From Lama glama (lineage: Eukaryota), in contig CM052817.1 of assembly GCA_028534125.1 (NCBI GenBank), forward strand, positions 82,462,001 to 82,526,000: DNA of 64,000 nt. Direction: 5' to 3'. The notes below the pieces were generated by a model. That model was not told the DNA's origin and did not search any database. It saw nothing but the letters and a program-made list of their open reading frames with translations. This document shows positions 25,197 to 38,499 of this stretch, in pieces; within the stretch, counting starts at the first letter, position 1; the number at the start of each line of letters is the position of its first letter. A program made the translations under genes and the position numbers.

Positions 25197-26097
25197 TTTT
25201 TTCTTTTCCATTATAATTTATTATGAGATATTGAATATAGTTCCCTATACTGTACAGTAGGACATTGCCATTTATCTGTTTTATATGTAGTAGTTTGTAT
25301 CTGCTAATCCCCAAATCTTAATATATCCCCCCTCCTCCCACCTTTCCCCTTTGGCAAACAAAAGTTTGTTTTCTGTGTTTATGAGTCTGTTTCTGTTTTT
25401 GTAGGTTCATTTGTACCGTATTTTAGATTCCACATATAAGTGATATCATATGGTATTCATCTTTCTCTTTCTGACTTATGTAATATGATAGTCTCTAGGT
25501 CCATCCATGTTGCTGCAAATGTCATTATATTTTCTTTTTTATGGCTGAGTAATATTCCGTATGTACTACATCTTTATTCATTCACCTATTGATGGACATT
25601 TGGGTTGCTTTTATGTCTTGGCTATTTTAAATAGTGCTGCTATGAACATTGGGGTACATGCATCTTTTCAAATTAGTTTTCATCTTTTCCAGATATATAT
25701 CCAGGAGTGGAATTGATAGATCATATGACAGCTATATTTTTAATTTTTTAATGAACCTCTATACTGTGTTCCACAGTGGCTGCATCAATTTACACTCCCA
25801 CTACCAGTGTAGGAAGGTTCCCTTTCCTCTGCATTCTCTTCAGCATTTAGTATTTGTTTTGATGAAGGCCATTCTGACCAGTATGAGGTGATACTTCATT
25901 GTAGTTATGTTTTGCATTTCTCTAATAATTAGTGATGTTGAGCATCTTTCATGTGCCTGTTGGGCATCTGTATGTCTTCTTTGAAGAAATGTCTACTTAG
26001 GTCTTCTGCTCATTTTTTGATTGGGTTTTTTATTGAGTTGTATGAGCTATTTGTGTATTTTGGATATTAATCCCTGTTGGTCACATCACTTGCAAAT
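25197..26097 (-). mobile_element. Younger L1 3' fragment nested in the old L1
   Basis: T-rich tail, tagattccacatataagtgatatcatatggt, ggccattctgaccagtatgaggtgatac. Confidence 0.85.
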
Positions 26098-26354
26098 GCA
26101 CATATTTTTATAAGTTGTATTTTGTTTTCATTCACTTCAAAAAAAATTTTGAGACTTCTTCTTGGATCCATGTGTTATTTAGAAGTGTGGTGTTTAATCA
26201 AATATTTTACGATTTTCCAGCAGTCTTTATGTTACTGATTTCCAGTTTAATTTCACTGTGGTCTGTGTGAACATAGTTTGTATGATTTCTTTTCTATTAA
26301 GGATGTTGGCACAGAATGTGGTTTATCTTGTGAATATTCCATATGAGAAAAAAT

Positions 26355-26432
26355 GTGTATTTTACCATTGTTCAATGTAGTATTTTATAAATACGTGTAT
26401 TTTACCATTGTTCAGTGTAGTATTTTATAAAT
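26355..26432. repeat. Tandem duplication, 40-bp period
   Basis: gtgtattttaccattgttca(a/g)tgtagtattttataaat occurs twice. Confidence 0.9.
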
Positions 26433-28258
26433 GTTCGATTCCATTGATTAATGATGCTGTTCAGTTGAACTTTGTCCTTACTAATACCTGATCCTTGTCA
26501 ATTGATAGAAATGTGTTTAAGTCTCAGAAGTAGTGGGTTTCTTTTTGCAAACTTACTGCTTTTGCTTCATATATTTTGATGTCCTGTTATTAGGTACATA
26601 TACATTAAATGTTTTTATGTCTTCTTGTACAACTAACCCATTTATCACAATGCAATGCCCATCTTTATTGCCTCATAAATTTTCTTGTTCTGAAGTTAGC
26701 TTTGTCTGAAATTAATGTAGCTACTCGAATTTCTTTTGATTTGTATTATCTACTGTATCTTTCTCCATCCCTTTTCACTTTTACTTTGTCTTTATATTTA
26801 AAGTGAGTTTCTTGCAGGTATCAATAGTTGTGTTGTTTTTTTTAACCCACATTGTTTTCTGTATTTTACTGCTGTATTTAGACTAGTGTATTTATTGAAG
26901 TATATCAATAATTGCTTTAAATGTAAAGTTTAAGATGATTATTGATATTGTTGGATTGATATTAATCTTACCCCCTTTTTTTTTTACTGTTTTATATTTT
27001 CTGTCTTTTAAGTCTTTTACTCTTTTTCTACTTTCTCTGGTGTAACTGAATTTATGTGATTCCACGTTTCTCCTCTATGCATACTAATTATAGTTATTAA
27101 AATTTTTAGTGGTTGCCTTAGGCTTCGCAGTATACATTTACAGCTAATTTCAAATAACACTATACCACTTCTCAGACAGTGCAGGTATCTCCTGGCAGAG
27201 AACTCCCATTTCCTCCCTCCCATGTCTTATAATCCAGTGGGCATTCATCTTACTCCTCTATTTTGCCAATAAGACTGCTGCTATTATTTTTTTTGGAAAG
27301 TTATCTAGTAAGTCAATTAATGTTCCTTCCTTTTTTTGTTTGTCTGAGAAAGTCTTTATTTCTCCTTCATTTCTGAAGGATAATTTTCCTGGATACAATA
27401 TTTTGGGTTTTTTTCTTCTAATATTGAAATCATATTTCACTTTCTTCATGCTCACATAGTTTGTGAAGAGAAGTCTAATTTAACTCTTATTTTCTTCTCT
27501 AATGACAAGGTTTTTCCCCCAAACAGCCACTTCCACTCCTCCCTGGTTTCTTTCAAGTTTTTCTCTTTGTCTGTGGTTTCCTGCAGTTAAGATATAATAT
27601 TCCTAGATGTCAGTGTTTAGAATTTATCTGACTTGGTGTTCTCTGAGCTTCTTACATTGTGATTTTGTGTCTGTCAATAATGGTGGAAAACGCTCGAGTC
27701 ACTATTATTTCAAGTATTCTGCTCTTTCTTTTTCTTCTACTTGTGGAATTCCATTATGTATATGACATACCTTCTGTGATTGTCCCATAGTTTTTGGATA
27801 TTTTATTCCTCTAAAGTTTTTTTTTTTCTTTTTGCATTTTGGTTTTGGAAGTTTCTATTGACTTCAGGCGCACTTATTCTTTTCCCAGCTGTGTCTAGTG
27901 TGCTGGTGATTCCATCAAAGGCATTCTTCATTTCTGTTATAGTGCTTGTGATTTCCAGAATTTCCTTTCAATTCTCAAAACTTCAATATCTCCTAACGCT
28001 TTTACCCATACGTTCTTTTATTTTTGTCCATTTTTCTATTACCTTAGCATATTAATCATATTTTAAATACCCAGTCTGATAGTTCCAAGTTCTCTGCCAT
28101 ATCTGAGTCTGTTTATTATGTTTACTTTGTCTTTTCAGATGTCTTTTCTTGTCTTTTAGCATACCTTGCCATTTTTTTGTTGGAAGCTGGACATAACGCA
28201 TCAGGTAATAGGAGCCGATAAAAATAAGCCTTAGTGTAAGATTTTTATGTGTATCTGG

Positions 28259-28607
28259 TATATTAGTCTTTTATGGCAGCCATAGCAAAATACCACAAAT
28301 CAATAGGATTAAATTGTTGTTTCTCACAGCTATGGAGGCTGAAGTCCCAGATCAAGATGTTTGCAGGTTTGGTATCTCCGGAGACCTCTCTTTGACTTCC
28401 ATGCGGCTGAACTATCCCTGTTCTTCACAGGGCCTTTCCTTGTGTGTGCATCCCTGGTGTTTCTTCCTCTGATAAGGGATTAAGGGTCCATCCTTATGAC
28501 CCCATTACCTTACTTTCCTCTTTAAAACCCCCTTATCTCCAAATACAGTCAGACTGGGTATTAGGACTAAAACATAAATTTAGGAGGGGTACAATTCAAT
28601 CTATAAC
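28259..28607 (-). mobile_element. MaLR (MLT1-like) solo LTR nested in L1
   Basis: tattagtc..caaaataccaca..ctcacagctatggaggct..ccttatctccaaatacagtca..caattcaatctataaca. Confidence 0.8.
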
Positions 28608-30521
28608 ATTTGACTAAGAGTTAAATATTTCCTGTAAATGTAAGTATCAGAGAATTCAGTTTCCTATAGTGTCCTTGAGTTTTTTCCACCTAGCTGTCTT
28701 TGGGTTTCCCTAGAAATTCTTTCTTAAATGGAGTCTGTCTTGTAGCATTCTCAATTGTAACATCATTATTAACCTGGAGTTCTTTGGTGGGATGACAGAT
28801 ATAGAGAAGTGTTTTATCTTGTGATAAAATCTGCTTGCTTTTTAAAAATTTTTCATTTTGTGTGTGTGTTTGTTATTTTGGTGGATCAGAGTCCATGGCT
28901 GTGATTTTCAGAGGAATGCTCTGGCTCCCTCCTCCTCTTTTTAACTACCCTTTGTGGGACAGGAAGGCTGAAGGGACCTGGAGTTGGCTAATTGCTATTT
29001 CCCATGTCATACAGGGCTTTGCTCCAGTAATTTCCCTTGAAGACTGGCCATTTATCAGAGAGCAGAAGGTAGCACAGAATGCTCTGGGTGTATTTCATAA
29101 TGGTTACTTTTCATCTCAGTCAGCCAGAAGCATGAGTAAATGTACCTTAGATCTTCACTGTAACAAGTGGTGAGCTTCTGGGGGTTAAATTATTGAAAGC
29201 TTGGGGGACCCACCTAAGATTCACTCTCATCACTGGAGATATTTTAACTTTCAAGTTAATCCCCATTGAACCTCCAGCCATTCATCCATTACAGTTCAGG
29301 TGTTCCTATTGTGCTGGCTCCAGAGGTGAACTTCTGCTCCCTGGTCTCTACACTCCATAAACTCTGATTCTCTGAATCCATTTCCGACTTCATGTTTCTT
29401 GGAAGTACTTTGTCTGGTGTCCTCAATTCTGTGATGATTTTAGGAAGAATTGTTTTTCAGTTTGTTTGCCTTTTTGTGTTATTGTGAGAATGGGAAAGGC
29501 AACTTTCAACTTTGTTACAAGTTAGAGTGAAAACTGGGAGTTCTTGGACACATTGTGTTCTCTATAGAAATTGTCCTATAATTAAAATTTAATGAATCCC
29601 TGTTTTTCCATCATAAATTGCCCCCTGAATTCCCCATGACCACAAAACAGTGTTCTAGTATTTCCAAGATGAATGCTAAGCACATGATGCAAACATTAGT
29701 ATGAAAGAATTAATGCTTGGTAATGGAGTAATGTGTGAATTTTTTGAGGGGTATTTATAGCGCCACATTAGGATTAACAATTATAATGAAACTAATGAGA
29801 ATGATAACCAGCAAACACATGCAGACAAAATATGTTGTTTTTTTTTTAATGTAAGCAAAGAGCACAGTTTATTACACACAGAGCATGAGACATAGCCACT
29901 CTGTTAGAGGGGCAAACCTCCTCAGCAAACCAACCAACACTGGTGTTTGACCACTAATGATATTCTCTGTTCAGGTTAAGAATCCTGTCTGATCATCTGT
30001 GCTCTTACCCATTTCAGTATAATGAATTTATGTGCAAATGCATACTATGGAAAGATGGAGAGCAGATATTAGACAGTGACATTCCAAAAGGAGATAGTAA
30101 ATGTCTTGGCAAAACCAGAAATAGCTATAGTGATTGTCTTTGAGACTTTCAAAACAATATATAATAATTTTCCTATATTCTTACTGATTCTCCTAAAGAC
30201 TCTGTACTAGGAACTGGGCATATTATTAGTCCCTTAAAAAGACAAGGAAAATGAAGTCAAAGTTTGCTGGTGGATTTACTCCAAATCTTAAAGACAGCAA
30301 TCGAAATTAAGGATTTGAACAGAAGTACCTGTGTATGTCTCTCTCTGCTGCATTATGCAGTGTCTGTGTGAAGAAAATAAAAGAAAAAAAAAGCAACCAA
30401 GTAAGAAAGAAGTATAAAGAGTATCACATCACTGAATGCTCCAGATGTTAAGCAGTAGCTGTTGAACGGACTCAGGCAAATCACATCTTGTGGTTTCCGT
30501 TTCCATTCAGTTCTCTTTCAG

Positions 30522-30714
30522 CAAGGTAGGCTTACCATGTTTCTGGTTACCTACTGAAGCTTTGCAGCTATACGTATTTGATAAAGACTTCATCTGGATA
30601 GGAACATTGAAGAACTCAGTCTTCTACACATGCTTTGCAAATTTTCAGTGGAGCAAAGCATTTAGCACAGCATGTGGTGGTAATGTCATAGATATGATTC
30701 AGTGTCTCCCTGAA
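30522..30714 (+). pseudogene. Exon remnant (fully open, 193 nt): TOP domain core
   Basis: ttctctttcag acceptor, gtaagt donor at 30715. KVGLPCFW...FDKDF...QWSKAFSTACGGNVIDMIQCLPE matches the spacing of WGKLTVYRGGGYVVPL. Confidence 0.75.
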
Positions 30715-31142
30715 GTAAGTCACTGAGGATAATTTCCACCCCAAATTCTTGACAATTTGGGGAGGCACAGTGGAAATTCTGATGGAACATCAGTCACAAA
30801 AGCATTGCTAAAAGACTCTTATGACAGAGACTCTTCCTAAAAGAAACTTTACATGGGCACAACCAAATAGTAAAATCTATATTTAAAATAACTTTTGCAT
30901 TAAGGGCATATAAGATGCTAAATTCCCATTGTTTCATTCCCACCAGAGTGGATATAGGTAGACAGAATCCTGGCCTAGGTCTTTTATAAGAGATTCTGAA
31001 TTTTACATCCCATCATTAACTTAGCATTCAAACCCTCATGTTCTCCTATTCTTTAAACTAGATACCATAATGATACCTGTACATTTGAATAGCGATATTG
31101 TAGAGATTATTAAAAATACCCACCATGTCCTCAGTTCATCAG

Positions 31143-31246
31143 ACCAGCGTGCTGCATGATATCTACAACAACAGTTAAATAACGCCATATACTAAAGCCT
31201 TTGCAGTTTGCTTAATTCCAAGTTAGTCTGTAAATCTACGTGAAAT
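31143..31246 (+). pseudogene. Exon remnant: TOP-domain W(I/L)D..TRA...VNL motif
   Basis: catcag|TSVLHDIYNNS*ITPYTKAFAVCLIPS*SVNLRE-AT|gtaaga resembles ILRYLFDNTWLDALTRAVFVESTVYNANVNLF. The conserved Trp position is TAA (31176); TAG at 31224. Confidence 0.8.
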
Positions 31247-33339
31247 GTAAGAGTACATGCCACTCTTTATCTTATGTTTTAGTGTACACAAACTACTGCT
31301 CATTGGTCCAATACTTCTCTCTACCTCCTGTGCTTAAAAGTTTAAGGACACAGTCAAACTATAGTCATTCATTTATTACTGTTCATGGCTGTGTTCCTCC
31401 AGTTAGTAGTTGTAGTAGAAACTTTATGGCTCACAAAGTCTATAATATTTACTTTCTGGTCCTTTCCAGAAAAAGATTCATAATAACTATCCTATGGGAT
31501 ATTCTCTACCTTCTTTTACTGCATTTTACCATTTTTTATCTTTGTTTAAGTTTTTCATTATATTTAACATATTCTCATTTTTCTTTAAAAATACATTAAA
31601 AAGCAATCTACCCAAATTAGAAAAAAAAAGCACCGTACATTTTCTTCCTGTCACTTTCTAATCTTCATATACCCCTTGATTTCATAGTTCCTGTCTTTTA
31701 TTAAGCATTGGTTGTATAGCAAGGCCCAAGATAGGTGCTTTACATATATTATTTCTAATATTCAAACTAGAATAAAACAAGCAGAAACAAAGATCTACTT
31801 TGAAGTAGTAAAATAGTGAAAAATGTCTTCCCACACAGAAGAACTTCTTTCTCTCTGCATCAGCCTCTAGGAATATTGCTACCTATTTTACCTGTGCAAG
31901 GATTACTCTTATAAATATACATCTAGAAGTAAAATGTTCCAACTTCTTTCCTAGAAATAATCTTATATCTTTAATTCAGTACTCTGTAAGTCACTGATAC
32001 TAACCTGTCACTCAGGTCAGAAAAACAGGGCATTCCTTCATTTTCCAACCACCTCCCACAACCTGTAATTTTTCAGGTCTCACTGATTTTACCTTGTAAC
32101 ATTTTTTTCTGCTTCAACCACTGTCATGGTTCAGATGCTCAGCAAGCTTTATAAACGTCAATAGCGTTTGTTGTTGTTGTTTTTAATACAGAACCTACCC
32201 AGAATGTGGGTACAGCAGCCACTTCTCTCTGAAGGATGTGCTCCTCCTTTTTCCTCTTACCTACACTCTTTGACATTCAGTTGGGAACAATCGGGAGCTG
32301 CCATCTTCCTATATGACCTCATTTTCCTGGACTCAGTGATTGAGAAATGAAAAACGAGAATTTCACCCCATCTGAGCCTGTCACATTACACTAAATCCTT
32401 GAACTCCAGAGTGAGTAACCTGCCGGGACCCAAGTCAGATTCTTTTTAAATTTCTTCCCTGGTGGCCAAGCTAGGGAGCCTTTGGGCTGGAGCTTGTTAC
32501 CAGCCTTGCTTCCAGCCTTTTGGAAGAAGAAGGTCTGCAGTGAGAGGAGTGAAAGGTAGGTTGCAGAGAATAGCAGCAGTGGTACATTAGATTCTCTAAG
32601 ATTTCTCTCCCCTGGGCCCTGCCCTATTTCTGCTTTTCCTTAAGTTTGGTTATGATGACCAAAATATTCCAGTCATTTGCTTTAACTATTTCAAGTTTGG
32701 TTTGTATAACTTGCAACTGAAAGGATCCTGATTAATATTCTCTAAAACCCATGGCCTGAATCATTCTAAATCCACCCAACACATTGTTGCTAAGGTTATC
32801 TATCCAGTTTCCCCCCTTGAGATAGTCAACACTGCATTAAAATTAACAAAATAAAATTAAAGTTCCATGGCCTACAGACTCTCTAATATATCATCTCATC
32901 TACTCTTTCAGCCTTACCTTCACCCACTCTTGCCTTAACATTTCACAGGTTGTGGTTTCCTTACTACAAAATGCTGTTTCACACCACAAGTTTTTGTTTC
33001 GTTCTGCTTTTCAATTTAATTAAAATCCTCCCACCCCCCTTTTTTAACCTTGCCTTACTAATAGCTGCTCATCCTCCAAAACTCCATTCAACATGAGCCT
33101 CTCTAGGAAGATTCTCACAACCCATCTCCTTGCCTGTTTCAAGCCAGGCAACAAACCTCTCAGTATGTACTAGGGCTTCTGTACCACATTTTACATACAT
33201 GCGGCTATGCTAACTCCATCAGAATCCCGCGTTTTTTCCAATGTGTCTTCCCATGCCATGTATTTGTGCATCACAGCCTGAAATTCAAAATATTTATTAT
33301 AGTCTATTGAAATGATCTGAAATACACATTATTACATTT

Positions 33340-33490
33340 TAGAGACATGGATTTTGCACTCGAGTGTGTATGAGAACTCCCAAGGAGGCTTTTCTAAAAT
33401 GTGGATTCTGAGGCCCCATTCCTTTAGACTCTGGTGCAGTGGGTCTGGGTTGGAATTTAAGAACAAATATTTTAAACAAATACCCTAAAA
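33340..33490. mobile_element. MER5-like hAT DNA transposon fragment
   Basis: gattctgaggcccc..gactctggtgcagtgggtctgggttgg..attttaaacaaataccc. Confidence 0.6.
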
Positions 33491-33530
33491 ACTTAATCTG
33501 AGGTTTATTTTTTTACAATATTAAAAGAAG

Positions 33531-33784
33531 GAATAAGGTAGATAATACAACTTAGGGGCTCTTTTAACCATCAAATTGACCCTTAACAGCAATCAGAATA
33601 AGGGAAGAGAGCTACTCTCAGTTAGGAATAGTACTGTATACATTTGCCAGGTGAAATTACATATTGCCCCACAGAAAATGTTTCTGGTATTATATGTTGC
33701 TCATTATATGATTTTCAATTTTTTTTACATTTACAGAACTCTTAAACACATAGATATATTGAAAAGAATCTAGAAAAATTCAAA
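33531..33784 (+). pseudogene. Exon remnant: end of TOP, S2, S3
   Basis: Phase-2 start. VDNTT*GLF*PSN*PLTAIR resembles [22 protein letters not shown]. Then QLGIVLYTF, CFWYYMLLII*FSIFF, and after a poly-T frameshift YIYRTLKHIDILKRI*KNS, resembling NIYRT/HIFRTL. Donor gtaagg at 33785. Confidence 0.7.
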
Positions 33785-35008
33785 GTAAGGATTGCTGACA
33801 TGGACAATTTAAGCGTATGTAATTTTTTACACATAACTCCAATAGTTTTCATTAGCCAATAATGGTTGTCTTGGTGGAAAAAAAAAAGTTTTTTGACTTA
33901 GAGGTATCTGCTTAACATACTTAGACAGTAAGCGGATTTGTGGTGAAGACATAATGGAAGAAGCCAAAATTAAATTTTATATCTCAGGTATCAGTTCTAA
34001 AAATTCAAAGACAGGAGAAAAACTAAGTGTACCAGGCTACTGAAGATGACCACTGCACTGAGAAATTTTATTAAATAGTGACATAAAAGTAAATCAATGC
34101 AATTTCTGGCTCTTTCATGTTGTGTAATAGTACTATCAACTTCACTCCAAAAGGGACATATTTGGCTTAAGAAAGAATTGGTACTAAGCATATTAAATAC
34201 AGTCAAAATTTAGCTTATGTTGGGAAATTAATTTTTTTAAATCTTAACAATAATAAATGTAATGCTATAGAAATGCATTTATTAAGCATTTTTCTTTCTT
34301 TTATATTACAAGATATATATAAAATATATGTTTGGCACATTGTCAAGTGTCCCAGGCCTTCTGAAAAAACATTAGCTGTAACAAATTTTAAAAGAGAAAT
34401 TTTAATAGTACATCCTCCATAAATTCAGAGTAAGCACCTACTATGTTGAAGGCATAGAAATAATCCAGGAAGCACATGATACATTTCTGAAACTAAATCC
34501 TACAGTTAGAGGGGTGGTAATGACTATCCTAAAATAGCCTACCTTACTAGGTCTGGTCTGGTCTAGATTGATCTAGAGATGGAGGGCAAATTTCTTCTGG
34601 AGCAAATGCTTTTTAAATCCACAGATAAAAATAATTTAGATTCATATAGACTTAGATTCAAATATTAGCTATGATAAATTGATAATCTGTGAATTACCTA
34701 TCTCCTTAGAATTTTCCCACTTGAAAATAGTAATTTCTGCTCGGCAGAGTTCTTGTGAGTATGGCACATAACTTACATAAAGCATGTGGCCAAAAGTCCT
34801 GGGAAAAACGAGACATAATCGAAGAGAGAAGTCCCTGTAGATTTCTATTCTTGTGCTCCAAGACATTTTAACTTGTTCTGTCTGTAAAAATTAAGAAATG
34901 TAGTAATAATGTCAAGTATCTTTAAGCCCAAAAATTCCAGAATTCAGAACTGGGAGTCATGAATGAACTAATATAATTCAAGCTCTTTTATGTTATTCTG
35001 CCATTAAG

Positions 35009-35417
35009 ATATATTATAGTTGATCAGATTGATGGCCATGGCTGTTCTAAACTTTGTCTCTGGCTCTTTGCTCCTCAGAGAGGGCTGATGTGCTGGCATT
35101 AGAGCCATCATGTGTAGTACCCTTAGCAACCTGACCTCAAGCTAAAATCCATAAAAAAAAACCCAAAAAACAAATAAACAAACAAGAAACAAAGTTGACA
35201 CTTGAGACTTTATATATTTTGTTCTGTTTTGTTTCTGCAATTTTTCCAAAGTCTGTTGTTATTATCTACTGAAGGTTGGGTTTGGTAGGGTTTTACTGAA
35301 AGCAGAACTCCACTGCCATCACTTATAAAGGTAACTAAAAATGCACTCATATTGTTTTGAAAACTTCATTAATGTTGTTTGGCAGAAACTGAAGCACTAA
35401 AATTAGTGATGCATCTG
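35009..35417 (+). pseudogene. Exon remnant: S4-S5, interrupted by a retro-insertion (35024-35192)
   Basis: attaag|A YIIVD...[insert]...LQFFQSLLLLST[fs]RLGLVGFY*KQN resembles LVLLSTVKLWHLLRLNPKMN. Then SLIKVTKNALILF...LKLVMHL|gtgaga, phase 0, compatible with the next exon. Confidence 0.6.
35024..35192 (+). mobile_element. Short retroposed insert of unknown origin with A-rich tail
   Basis: About 128 nt body plus A-rich tail 35151-35192; flanking direct repeat AGTTGA at 35018-35023 and 35193-35198. Confidence 0.5.
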
Positions 35418-36214
35418 GTGAGAGCAGAAAATGTTCATCTCTCCTCCAACTTTAAATGAAGGATAGAAAGATAAAAGAAATGCATGTTGACAAAGTAAAC
35501 TGCCTGGCTCTTAACTTAAAATGTTATGAGTATTTTTTAAAGAAGTTCTTGGAAAATATCAAAACTGTGTTTTAAAGTGTATACGTTATATATCTTCTTA
35601 AAATATATTAGATAACTTTATAGGATCTTTTATTTTTCTTTATAAAATTTACTGTATATTTTGGTGTGTTAGCAATTACTATCGTAGTTCTCTTCTTTTA
35701 CTCAAAGTGGACATTATTTGGAAATCTTTGCTAACAAAAATACCACAAAATCCTGAGTTAATTAATGGATTATTAAGGGTTTTGCCTGTTTTTCTGATTT
35801 TAGATACTTTTTGGTTTGACATCTGGCCTTTATTTGCACTCACGTGTTTTAACCCTGCTCTAAAAGATGAAATAGTTTTCTAAGTCAGTATTTTTGTCTA
35901 ACTAGTTATGTTTTTATTTCTATACTTTCTCTGTTAGCACTCCAGATTATCATGTCCAGATTTAGAACCAAAGAATTTGCAATTTGATTAAAAAACAAAA
36001 CAAAACAAAAAACCCCAGCAATTTTATGGGTGAAATAGCATAAAAATATTATGGAAAATACCTCCACAACCTTCTGTTAATAATATCATAGGCTATCACA
36101 AATATAAAATTTACATAATTTGGAGGCACACCAAAAATACAGACTCTAACTGATTTTGTGACTATTAGGTAAATGTTCAACTAAGAGCTAAAAGTAAGAG
36201 TCAAAGAGTTTCAT

Positions 36215-38000
36215 TGTATCTTTATCTGGTTTAGTAATGCTGGTCTTATAAAATGAGTTAGGAAGTGTTCCCTCTGTTTATATTTTCTGGAACAGATTGT
36301 AGAGAATTGGTATAATTTCTTTAAATGTTTGGTAGAAATTACCAGTGAAACCTGTTGCTTTGTCTTTGTTTAGAAGATTATTAAGTATGATAATGACTAA
36401 AAACATACACAGGCCTGTTCATATTATCTACTTCTCCTTGTATGATTTTGATAGTTTGCTTCTTTCAATGAACTGTTCATTTCATCTATCGAACTTGTAG
36501 ACACTGAGTTCAGAATATTCATTTGCTATCTTTTTAATATTCATTGGATCAGTCAGGATGACTCCCTGTTTCATTTCTGATAGTGATAAATTGTAATCTC
36601 TTTTAGTCCTAATTAGCCTGGATAGAGGTTTATTAATTTTATTGATCTTTTCTATGAACCAGTATTTGGTTTTTCATTTTTCTGTTGAATTCCTGTTTTC
36701 AATTTTATTGTTGTATACTTTTTTTTTGTCTTTTAAAGCAAATCTTTTATTGAAGTACAGTCAGTTACAATGTGTCAGTTTCTGGTGTACAGCACAGTGA
36801 CCCAGTCATGCATATACATACATATATTCATTTTCATATTCTTTATCATTAAAGGTTATTACAAGGTGTTGAATCTGGTTCCCTGTGCTATACAGAAGAA
36901 AATTGTTATTTTTTATTGATTTTATATATAATAGTTAACATTTGCAAATCTCAAACTCTCAAATTTATCCCTTTCCACCCCCTTTCCCCTGGTAACCATA
37001 AGATAGTTTACTATGTCTGCATGTTTGTTTCTGTTTTAGAGATGAGTTCATTAGTGTCCTCTTTTTTCTTTTTTAGATTCCACACATGAGTGATATCATA
37101 TGGTATTTTTCCTTCTCTTTCTGGCTTACTTCACTTAGAATGACGATCTCTATCTAGGTCCATTTGTGTTGCTGCAAATGGCATTATTTTTTATGGCTGA
37201 GTAGTATTCCATTGTATAAATATACCACAACATCTTCATCTAGTCATCTGTTGATGGACATTTAGGTTGTTTCCATGTCTTGGCTATTGTATATAGTGCT
37301 GCTATGAACATTGGGGTGCATGTATCTTTTCAAATTACAGTTCCCTCCAGATGTATCCTCAGGAGTGGGATTGCTGGATCATATGGTAAGTCTGTTTTTA
37401 GTCTTTTGAGAAATCTCCATACTGTTTTCCATAATGGCTGCACCAAACTACATTCCCACCAATAGTGTAGGAGGATTCCCTTTTCTCCATACCATCTCTA
37501 GCATTAATCGTTTGTGGACTTTTGAATGATGGCCATTCTTACTGGTGTGAGGTGGTACCTCATTGTAGTTTTGATTTGCATTTCTCTGATAATTAGTGAT
37601 ATGGAGCATTTTTTCATGTGCCTATTGGCCATTTGTATGTCTTCATTGGAGAATTGTTTGTATGCTTTAAATTGTATTATATCTTCTGCTAGCTTTAAGC
37701 TAAACTTGTTCTTCATTCTTTAGTTTCCTAGAGGAAGCTAAGGTTTTGGGATCTTGGATTTTTCTTCTTTCTAATCTATAAAATTGAGTATATAGATTTC
37801 CCTCTAATCACTGCTTTTGCTGCATCTCAGAGTATTTGATATGTTGTATTTTTATTTTCATTTTCAAAATATTTTTATTTCTCTTGACTTTTTTTAACTC
37901 ATAGGTTATTAAAAATTGTGTTCTAATCTCCAGATATCTGTGGAATTTGCAGCTCTATTTCTGTTACTGATTTCTGGTTGCACTCTGTTGTGTATTTCAC
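36215..38000 (-). mobile_element. Old L1 with a nested younger L1 3' fragment (about 36721-37657)
   Basis: ORF2 C-terminal remnant [43 protein letters not shown]-like ttgtat(a/g)cttt at 36711 and 37658. Confidence 0.9.
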
Positions 38001-38499
38001 CATACAAAAATTTTATCCTATTGTTTCTGTGTCTTCCTGCAGTGTACTCTTTTGTTGGATTTTCTGCTTTGTGCTAGTGTTCATCATATATTGTGATACT
38101 GAAAATAATATTTTAAAGACTTAAAAATTTATAAACCTGTTTTTAATGAAGACTTAAAGTAGTATCCCTGTTGGTTACATGTTCCTTTTATTTCTGGCCT
38201 ATCACAAATCAGCTATTCCCCAGACTATAACAGGTTATGACATTACTTGCTTATCACCTCAAGTCCAGGATTATTTTAGTTACAATAAAAAATATTGACA
38301 TGTTCCAATATTATAAAGAAATTTACAGTTAACTATCTTATTACCTATTAAGAATCTTACATGATTCAGTTGTTTTAGCAAAAACACTTATTATCTTTGG
38401 CAGAGAATAAAGCATGAAGCATTAGAAAGCCCAAAGAGAGAGAGAACTTTTACAGACACATTCAAAAGAGCATATTAATTCAGGGACTCATTTTACATA

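Larger units (their letters stand above)
22270..29540 (-). mobile_element. Long old L1 (L1M) with nested insertions
   Basis: Minus-strand 3' UTR, ORF2 remnants (e.g. KLRIEGNVHNLKNNISKKPT, LLFNIVLEV) and ORF1 remnants (PKILYPGKLSFRNEGEIKTFSDKQK). Confidence 0.9.

Noticed and set aside
30018..30100. Open exon-like segment YNEFMCKCILWKDGEQILDSD
   Set aside because: No place in the domain order, and the 3' part resembles decayed L2.
30536..30593. Minus-strand exon (MKSLSNTYSCKASVGNQKH) with a good donor
   Set aside because: It overlaps the + strand TOP exon, which has better splice, phase and homology support.
35009..35040. YIIVDQID as a Walker B motif
   Set aside because: It spans the insert junction, there is no Walker A, and the context is polycystin S3-S4.
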